DNA of 64,000 bases from Clostridia bacterium. Lineage in GTDB: Bacteria > Bacillota > Clostridia > Acetivibrionales > JBAZRJ01. A program made the position numbers and the translations under genes. Each line of letters opens with the position of its first letter. The stretch's first letter is position 1. This document shows, one piece after another, positions 56,920 to 64,000 of this stretch. The DNA is taken from the NCBI GenBank assembly GCA_041662985.1, contig JBAZRJ010000004.1, forward strand, positions 2,389-66,388, given 5' to 3'. Below the pieces are notes generated by a model that was not told the origin of the DNA, made no database searches, and saw only the letters and a list, made by a program, of their open reading frames with translations.

Positions 56920-58602
56920 TTACTTCACTTCCATGATAAAATACGTAATATCATCATGCAACTCTTTTTTTTCTATGAATTTCTTTACTTCCGAGGTTAT
57001 GCTGTTCGTAATTTCGATGGCATTCATCGTTGCATTTCTTTTTAAAATATTTTTTAGTCTTGTTTCTGAAAATACATGTTTACCCTCATTCTCTCCATCT
57101 ACCAACCCATCTGTATAGAACAATATCTTTTCTCCGCTTTTGAACCTGACAATTGTATCTTTATATCCTTCGCTGTTATATTCCTGCAATTTGCATATCG
57201 GAAAACCTTTGATATCCATATCAAAAACTTCACCTGATAACTCGATAACCATTGGAGATACGTTCATTCCGGCTGACGCATAGGTAAATTCCATGGTTTC
57301 AAGGTCATAAATACCGTAAAACATTACAAGATATATGTCCTCTTTGAAATTGGTTTTATTATAAGAGAGATTCAGTTCTTTCAGTACTTCCGAAGGTTTC
57401 ATGATTTCGAAAATCCCGGGAGTGTCTTCACTTGTCATTTTGATGCTTTGATTTACAAACACTGTGAGCATTGCAGCTGATACGCCATGGCCTGAAACAT
57501 CTCCAATATAAATACCTATCTTGTTATAATCGAGTCGTACTATGTTATAAAAGTCTCCCCCTACCATCTCAGCAGGGAAATAGCCGGCTTCAAAAGTCAC
57601 CCTTTTTAATTTAGGCAAACTTTGGGGCATCATTGACATCTGAATACCCCTTGCATACTCCAAATCCTCAAGCAGTTTTTTATTTTTTTCATTTATTTGA
57701 TGTGTCCTCTGTTCAACAATCAAATCCTGATTATCGGCATAGTTCTTGATTTGATCTCTGGCTTCCCGGAGTTCATAAAAAGGTTGTCTGATACTTCGGA
57801 TGAAAATTACCCTGAAAATTATAAAATACATAATAAATTTATATATATGTCCAAGATAGTTATAAATATCATAAATATCTTCGTAGAACGTAAAGGCAAG
57901 CTCACTAAAAGCACCTATGATTAGAGCGCACGCAAGAACAAAATTGTAAATTTCTTTTGTTTTTAAATATATACGCAGAAAGAGAAACGCAGCACCCAGA
58001 TTTAAAAATATTATTACATATTCAATAAGTTTTTTTGCCTCTGTTAATCCTGTTCCGTCAATAAACATTGGAGGAATGACTTTTGGAAAGAACGAAACCG
58101 GGATAAGAACTGCAATACTGATAAACAGCGGGACAATAAAAAAATAAATCTTCCTGACTTTAAACTTGACTTTGATAGGAAGCAATCCGGCTACAAAAAA
58201 CCCTATTCCGCCAATTAATCTGGCAATTACCCAATATGTGGTTGCTTTGTTTGTTACATTGAAAGAAAGGAAATCGGGCATGCCCTTGAAACTAAGAACA
58301 TGAAAATAATCTATGAACGCCATAAGAAGCAGTATGCAACCCATAAACAAGGCTCTGAAATTCTTTGACATTTCATAAGTGTAATATGAAATAAAAAATA
58401 CGGCAATTGCAATAATAATACTTGCAATCTCAATAGTATTATGCCATATCAGATATGTAACCGCATTCATTATCTTTGAAAAACCATTTTGAAAAATATG
58501 TCCGTCCCTCAGAGATAGCGCCAAAAAAACAATAAGCACAAACAACATGAAGTATGGGGTGTTTTTTTTATAAAAGTCACGCAGTCTCAGAAGTATCTTC
58601 AT
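56920..58602 (-). CDS. Membrane sensor PP2C phosphatase (MASE3-like polytopic N-domain + SpoIIE/RsbU-type PPM domain)
   Basis: About 8 TM segments containing WHNTIEIASIIIAIAVFF (MASE3-like), a coiled linker, then GGDFYNIV and IGDVSGHGVSAAMLTVF PPM motifs. Start placed at ATG 58602 (GGAGA upstream). ORF-track start is 58689. Confidence 0.7.
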   Translation of the reverse strand: MKILLRLRDFYKKNTPYFMLFVLIVFLALSLRDGHIFQNGFSKIMNAVTYLIWHNTIEIASIIIAIAVFFISYYTYEMSKNFRALFMGCILLLMAFIDYFHVLSFKGMPDFLSFNVTNKATTYWVIARLIGGIGFFVAGLLPIKVKFKVRKIYFFIVPLFISIAVLIPVSFFPKVIPPMFIDGTGLTEAKKLIEYVIIFLNLGAAFLFLRIYLKTKEIYNFVLACALIIGAFSELAFTFYEDIYDIYNYLGHIYKFIMYFIIFRVIFIRSIRQPFYELREARDQIKNYADNQDLIVEQRTHQINEKNKKLLEDLEYARGIQMSMMPQSLPKLKRVTFEAGYFPAEMVGGDFYNIVRLDYNKIGIYIGDVSGHGVSAAMLTVFVNQSIKMTSEDTPGIFEIMKPSEVLKELNLSYNKTNFKEDIYLVMFYGIYDLETMEFTYASAGMNVSPMVIELSGEVFDMDIKGFPICKLQEYNSEGYKDTIVRFKSGEKILFYTDGLVDGENEGKHVFSETRLKNILKRNATMNAIEITNSITSEVKKFIEKKELHDDITYFIMEVK

Positions 58603-58761
58603 AATTTCTCCAGTATGGTCTGTAATAATAATGTAAAAATCTTCTTGCTTAAATTTTATCATTTTACTATATATTTCGTCAATATACATTTTTTTACAGA
58701 TTCAAACCATGAAACTTTAGCTGTCAAGCTTATACACTGCGCTCAACTTATCAAAGTCTTT

Positions 58762-59106
58762 CTATAAGTCGAAATAATTTAATAAACCATCAGATATTTT
58801 TTCTTGCGTTTCTTGATCTGAAATACTTCCGACTTTATTTATGAGTCTGTTATGAGATATCGTTCTTATCTGCTGTACCATTGCTGCAGATAGTTTTGGC
58901 AACCCCGATATCTCGGTCGACAACAAGATTTCTGTGGGATAAATTTTCTCGCTCCCTTTGACACTTGATAATGGTAAAACGGTTGAGACAGTCAAGTTAT
59001 GGTTTACAGCATTCGCAGATATAATTAAAACAGGTCGGGTCCCTTTTTGTTCACTGCCACGGACAGGGTCAAGATCACAATAATAAATCTCCCATTTGTT
59101 TACCAC
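58762..59106 (-). CDS. mazF: Type II toxin, MazF/PemK family endoribonuclease
   Basis: WEIYYCDLDPVRGSEQKGTRPVLIIS is a PemK/MazF signature. 7-nt overlap with the upstream antitoxin gene. Confidence 0.85.
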   Translation of the reverse strand: MVNKWEIYYCDLDPVRGSEQKGTRPVLIISANAVNHNLTVSTVLPLSSVKGSEKIYPTEILLSTEISGLPKLSAAMVQQIRTISHNRLINKVGSISDQETQEKISDGLLNYFDL

Positions 59107-59369
59107 TCTCTGCCCACCTCACTGTTTGCGTATTTGAAGTCATCTTCGCAATTCAAGGTTCTTTTCAAAAAAGCTTTGTCTTGCGCAGCTTCTTTCATTT
59201 GCTCCTCAAACTGCTCTTTCTTTGTTTGTTTCAGATAGGCACCAAGTGCTTCATTGACTGCATAATTCACGGATGGTATTTTCTCATCTTTTGCAAGTTC
59301 TCTTAATTCATAAATATATTCCTCTGGCAACGTCGCAGTATATCTAACCGTTTTTGATTTATTTGTCAT
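59100..59369 (-). CDS. Type II antitoxin (RHH/CopG-like) paired with MazF
   Basis: 89 aa. N-terminal beta-strand/helix pattern (VRYTATLPEEYIYELRELAKDEKIPSVNYAVNEAL) and an acidic C-terminus. Overlaps the mazF start. RBS GAGGTG. Confidence 0.65.
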   Translation of the reverse strand: MTNKSKTVRYTATLPEEYIYELRELAKDEKIPSVNYAVNEALGAYLKQTKKEQFEEQMKEAAQDKAFLKRTLNCEDDFKYANSEVGREW

Positions 59370-59386
59370 AAAATCACCTCATAATT

Positions 59387-59442
59387 ATTATACTCTTATG
59401 CATCAATTTATGCAACACATTTTGATTCAATATTTGATGCAT
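59387..59442 (-). promoter_or_regulatory. mazEF promoter (TTGCAT-17-TATAAT) overlapped by inverted repeat ATGCATCAA / TTGATGCAT (candidate antitoxin operator)
   Basis: -10 at 59392-59387 and -35 at 59415-59410. Inverted-repeat arms at 59398-59406 and 59434-59442. Confidence 0.55.
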
Positions 59443-59510
59443 ATTTTTGCATCATAAATTATCTCTTGCTGCACAATTAAATAATTGCTGCATAATTGAA
59501 TAAAAGCACA

Positions 59511-59542
59511 TAAAAAAATCTGCAATAAAATTATTTGCAGAT
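59511..59542 (-). terminator. Intrinsic terminator after tRNA-Lys
   Basis: Minus strand: AUCUGCAA - 9-nt loop - UUGCAGAU, followed by UUUUUUUA. Confidence 0.75.
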
Positions 59543-59548
59543 CCTTTT

Positions 59549-59624
59549 TGGTGAGCCGTCGGGGGCTCGAACCCCGGACAACTTGATTAAAAGTCAAGTG
59601 CTCTACCACCTGAGCTAACGGCCC
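59549..59624 (-). tRNA. tRNA-Lys (anticodon UUU), CCA encoded
   Basis: Minus-strand 76-nt cloverleaf read by hand. Acceptor GGGCCGT/ACGGCTC, D arm GCTC..GAGC, anticodon stem CTTGA/TCAAG with loop CTTTTAA, T arm CGGGG-TTCGAGC-CCCCG, 3' ACCA. Confidence 0.9.
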
Positions 59625-59703
59625 GTATATGAAACGCAGTGGGTAATTTTATAACCCAAAAGAGAGATGGTTCTCTTTTATTTCCTACATTACACAAGTA
59701 TAC

Positions 59704-59732
59704 ATATTACATCAAGTATTACTGTCTGTCAA
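59704..59732 (-). promoter_or_regulatory. Promoter of tRNA-Lys (TTGACA-17-TAATAT)
   Basis: Minus strand: -35 at 59732-59727 and -10 at 59709-59704, about 75 nt upstream of the mature tRNA 5' end. Confidence 0.6.
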
Positions 59733-59741
59733 ATAAAAACT

Positions 59742-59953
59742 TGGGGATGACGGTTCTCGGGGACACTTCTCGGGGACGATTCTTAATTATAAGATAAAAA
59801 ATGTGGCAGAGGTTGAAGTTGAAGACGAGTATGTTTTCAAAATAATTTCAAAGAAAACATCCCGAGTCGGCAATTTCACACCTCGTGACACATTGACTTA
59901 TGTGACTGATAAAAGTGAGAAGCGTTCCCAATTTATATTTAGAACCGTCCCCG
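59742..59953. repeat. Cluster of five CGGGGAC-N3-TTCT-type motifs: three direct (59742-59783) and two inverted (59917-59929, 59941-59953)
   Basis: TGGGGATGACGGTTCT, CGGGGACACTTCT and CGGGGACGATTCT in tandem. On the opposite strand, GGGAACGCTTCTC and CGGGGACGGTTCT. The two groups are separated by about 133 bp. Confidence 0.6.
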
Positions 59954-59970
59954 AAAAATGTGTTCATGTT

Positions 59971-61474
<1,504 letters not shown>

Positions 61475-61542
61475 AATTTTTTCCTCCTTAAATATTATAT
61501 CTGAATTTCAAAACATCTTCTGTTTATTTTGTTAAGTTTCTG

Positions 61543-62094
61543 TTAACATTCCCTATATTTCATTCTTCCGGTTTCATACAGGTTCTTGCCGTATGAATCT
61601 ATTATCACAGTCGTGCGGAAATCGCTTACCGTGAGCTTTCGCAACGCCTCTGGTCCCAACTCGGGAAATGCAACAATCTCCTGCTTGACGATGGATTTAG
61701 CAATCAGAGCACCTGCCCCTCCTATTGCGCCAAAATAAACACAATTATTTTTTACCATTGCATTTATAACTTCATCGCTTCTGAAACCTTTGCCTATCAT
61801 TCCGCTTAAGCCCATTTCAATAAGCCTTGGCGTATATGCATCCATCCGCCCGCTTGTGGTAGGACCCGCAGAACCTATGACATAGCCGTCTTTTGAGGGA
61901 CATGGTCCGACATAATAAATTATCTGGTCTTTTATATCAAACGGAAGACTCTTCCCTTCGTCTAAAAGCCTCATCATCTCTTTATGAGCAGCATCGCGTG
62001 CCGCATAAATCGTTCCGTTAATAATAACGGTGTCGCCTGCATGAAGCTTCTTCACATCATATTTAGTTAGCGGGGTATCAATAACCTGTAACAT
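61543..62094 (-). CDS. Class I Fe-S hydro-lyase beta subunit (fumarate hydratase / tartrate dehydratase type)
   Basis: GDTVIINGTIYAARDAAHK, GPTTSGRMD, FGAIGGAGAL. Paired with the alpha subunit upstream. Confidence 0.85.
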   Translation of the reverse strand: MLQVIDTPLTKYDVKKLHAGDTVIINGTIYAARDAAHKEMMRLLDEGKSLPFDIKDQIIYYVGPCPSKDGYVIGSAGPTTSGRMDAYTPRLIEMGLSGMIGKGFRSDEVINAMVKNNCVYFGAIGGAGALIAKSIVKQEIVAFPELGPEALRKLTVSDFRTTVIIDSYGKNLYETGRMKYREC

Positions 62095-62124
62095 TCGATT
62101 TTCCTACCTCCGGCAGATGATTTT

Positions 62125-62967
62125 TTAAAGAATTGCCTCCATGTGTCTTGTCGCGTGACAGCTTATGTTAACAGCTACAGGTAGTCCTGCGATATGTGTC
62201 GGAAATGTTTCGATATTAACCGAAAGTGCTGTTGTGTTGCCTCCAAAACCGGATGGTCCGATTCCCAGCTTGTTTATCTTATTAAGCAATTCCAGCTCCA
62301 AATCCCTGTAGAATTCCGATGGACTGCTTTTGTCTATTGACCTCGTAAGTGCCTTTTTTGCAAGTATTGCTGCTTTTTCAATCGTACCGCCGATTCCGAT
62401 TCCCACAATCAATGGAGGACAGGCATTCGGCCCCGCATTTTCAACTGTTTCCATTATGAACTTTTTAACTCCGTCAATACCATCCGATGGTTTAAGCATT
62501 TTTACCGCACTCATATTTTCACTGCCAAAGCCCTTTGGGGCAACAGTAATTTTTATATTTTCACCCGAAACAATTTCATAATGAATTATTGCGGGAGTAT
62601 TATCCCCTGTATTCACTCTTTCCAATGGATCTCTTACGATGGAATTCCTTAAAAAGCCCTCTTTGTATCCGCGTCTCACACCTTCATTGATAGCATCGTT
62701 TAGTCGTCCTCCGGATATATGTACCTCCTGGCCGACATCCAAAAAGACAACCGTCATTCCCGTATCCTGGCAAATCGCCATGTTTTCGGTTTTAGCAACA
62801 TTGGCATTTTCAACAATCTGCTCTAAAATTTCTTTGCCTACCGATGATTCTTCGGTTTTAATTCCTTCTTTTAAAGCATCAATAATGTCCTGATTTAGGA
62901 AGTAATTCGCCTCAATGCAAAGCTTTTGAACGGTTGCTGTGATTTTTTCCGCACTTATTTCTTTCAT
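62125..62967 (-). CDS. Class I Fe-S hydro-lyase alpha subunit (fumarate hydratase / tartrate dehydratase type)
   Basis: AICQDTGMTVVF, CPPLIVGIGIGGT and a NISCHATRH Fe-S ligand context. Confidence 0.85.
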   Translation of the reverse strand: MKEISAEKITATVQKLCIEANYFLNQDIIDALKEGIKTEESSVGKEILEQIVENANVAKTENMAICQDTGMTVVFLDVGQEVHISGGRLNDAINEGVRRGYKEGFLRNSIVRDPLERVNTGDNTPAIIHYEIVSGENIKITVAPKGFGSENMSAVKMLKPSDGIDGVKKFIMETVENAGPNACPPLIVGIGIGGTIEKAAILAKKALTRSIDKSSPSEFYRDLELELLNKINKLGIGPSGFGGNTTALSVNIETFPTHIAGLPVAVNISCHATRHMEAIL

Positions 62968-63003
62968 AATTAATCCTCCGAAATCAATTAAGGCACCAAT
63001 AAG

Positions 63004-63032
63004 ATTTTAATATATAACCCGGCAAAGTGCAA
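63004..63032 (-). promoter_or_regulatory. Candidate promoter of the fumarate hydratase operon (TTGCAC-17-TAAAAT)
   Basis: Minus strand: -35 at 63032-63027 and -10 at 63009-63004, about 35 nt upstream of ATG 62967. Confidence 0.5.
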
Positions 63033-63056
63033 GTATGAACGACATTTGAAATTAAT

Positions 63057-63082
63057 AAAAAAAAGGGGCTTTCGCCCCTTTT
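63057..63082 (-). terminator. Intrinsic terminator after adhE
   Basis: Minus strand: GGGGC-GAAA-GCCCC followed by U8, immediately after the adhE stop (63084-63086). Confidence 0.8.
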
Positions 63083-63083
63083 G

Positions 63084-64000
63084 TCAACCGTTATACGCCT
63101 TGATGTACAAATCTTCCAGTTCACTTACCAAAGGCATTCTCGGATTGCTGGTAGTACATTGATCCCCGTAGGCATTATTAGCCAATTCAGGTACCCGTGC
63201 CATAAATTGTTTTCTGTCTACATTGCATTCGGCAATCGTCTCAGGGATGTTTACTTCTCTCATTAAACCCTTTACGGCTTTTATGAGACTCTGAACTCCT
63301 TCTTCCGTGGTGCCGGCAGGCAATCCAATTTCTCTTGCAATTTCAGCATATTTAATATCTGCCGTAAATGTTTCATATTTAGGGAATGAAACGAATTTTG
63401 TCGGTTTTTTTGAGTTGTATTCTATAATATACGGCAGCAATACTGCATTCGCTCTTCCGTGAGGTATGTGGAACTCCCCTCCCAGCTTATGCGCAAGACT
63501 ATGGTTGATTCCCAGAAAAGCGTTTGTAAACGCCATGCCCGCTATTGTTGAAGCATTATGCATCTTTTCTCTCGCTTTGCGGTCGCTGCCGTCTTTATAC
63601 GCCCTTGGAAGGTATTCGAAAACCATCTGAATTGCTTTTATTGCAAGACCGTCCGTATAATCGGACGCCATAATTGAAACATATGATTCTATTGCATGTG
63701 TCAAAACATCAAGCCCTGTATCCGCCGTAACTGCGGGCGGAACCGTCATTACAAATTCAGGATCTATAATCGCAACATCAGGTGTCAGTTCATAGTCTGC
63801 AAGCGGATATTTCATATTTTTCTTGTTATCTGTTATAACAGCAAACGATGTCACCTCAGAACCGGTTCCTGAAGTAGTTGGAATCGCAACCATTTTAGCC
63901 CTTTTCCCCATGTTTGGAAATTGGAATACTCTTTTTCTGATGTCCATAAATTTTAATTTTAATTCGTCAAACTCAAGTTCCGGATGTTCATAAAACAGCC
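63084..64000 (-). CDS. adhE: Bifunctional acetaldehyde-CoA/alcohol dehydrogenase, C-terminal (iron-ADH) part; 5' end lies outside the window
   Basis: The frame stays open to position 64000 (LFYEHPELEFDELKLKFMDIRKRVFQFPNMGKRAKMVAIPTTSGTGSEVT) and is colinear with E. coli AdhE residues about 600-890 as I recall them. Confidence 0.85.
   Translation of the reverse strand, partial: LFYEHPELEFDELKLKFMDIRKRVFQFPNMGKRAKMVAIPTTSGTGSEVTSFAVITDNKKNMKYPLADYELTPDVAIIDPEFVMTVPPAVTADTGLDVLTHAIESYVSIMASDYTDGLAIKAIQMVFEYLPRAYKDGSDRKAREKMHNASTIAGMAFTNAFLGINHSLAHKLGGEFHIPHGRANAVLLPYIIEYNSKKPTKFVSFPKYETFTADIKYAEIAREIGLPAGTTEEGVQSLIKAVKGLMREVNIPETIAECNVDRKQFMARVPELANNAYGDQCTTSNPRMPLVSELEDLYIKAYNG

Noticed and set aside
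59427-59609. 60-aa minus-strand ORF (MVEHLTFNQVVRGSSPRRL...)
   Set aside because: Its 5' part is simply the translation of the tRNA-Lys gene body, and the rest runs through the tRNA terminator. It is not a coding gene.
59658-59680. Weak hairpin (AGAGA-ACCA-UCUCU plus U-rich tail) between the tRNA-Lys promoter and the tRNA
   Set aside because: The stem is AU/GA-poor and only about 5 bp. A terminator here would block the tRNA it precedes, so it is more likely part of the RNase P-processed leader.

Overview
AT-rich (by eye about one-third GC) chromosomal segment that looks like a low-GC Firmicute/Clostridia genome. All calls come from manual reading of the ORF track and sequence, with family assignments from remembered motifs. 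No searches were run. Every gene is on the minus strand except two pstS genes. About 43 kb (4.3-47.5 kb) is surface-glycan biosynthesis, arranged as three consecutive minus-strand units. (1) 47477-34199: a Wzx/Wzy-dependent heteropolysaccharide locus with an initiating phosphoglycosyl transferase (PGT), GT4 and GT2 glycosyltransferases, an EpsG-type polymerase, DUF1919, a Wzx flippase, and a WbqC/PLP-enzyme/GNAT/DegT amino-sugar module. (2) 34070-30664: an rfbACBD dTDP-L-rhamnose cassette with an intrinsic terminator on each side. (3) 30488-4304: a sigma-A-type promoter, a winged-helix regulator and a LoaP-like NusG paralog, followed by a roughly 25-kb, 23-gene operon with no terminator that I could find. 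That operon encodes a second PGT, eight GT-B glycosyltransferases, an O-antigen-ligase (Wzy_C) type membrane protein, a Wzm/Wzt ABC exporter with a C-terminal carbohydrate-binding domain, an uncharacterised 454-aa protein, a pseudaminic-acid module lacking pseB, and fnlABC for UDP-L-FucNAc. The most interesting hypothesis is that unit 3 is an ABC-transporter-dependent, nonulosonate-capped, slg-like protein or cell-surface glycosylation system under processive antitermination. The right third holds a complete Pho regulon: pstCAB-phoU-phoPR diverging from two pstS paralogs, with three 11-bp-phased PhoP-box arrays. It also holds nfo, a MASE3-PP2C phosphatase, mazEF, tRNA-Lys(UUU), an unexplained CGGGGAC-N3-TTCT repeat cluster, purA, class I fumarate hydratase and the 3' part of adhE. 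The left end has VanZ, a MATE transporter and a BspA-type LRR surface protein. I found no CRISPR array, transposase, integrase or recognisable phage-defence genes.
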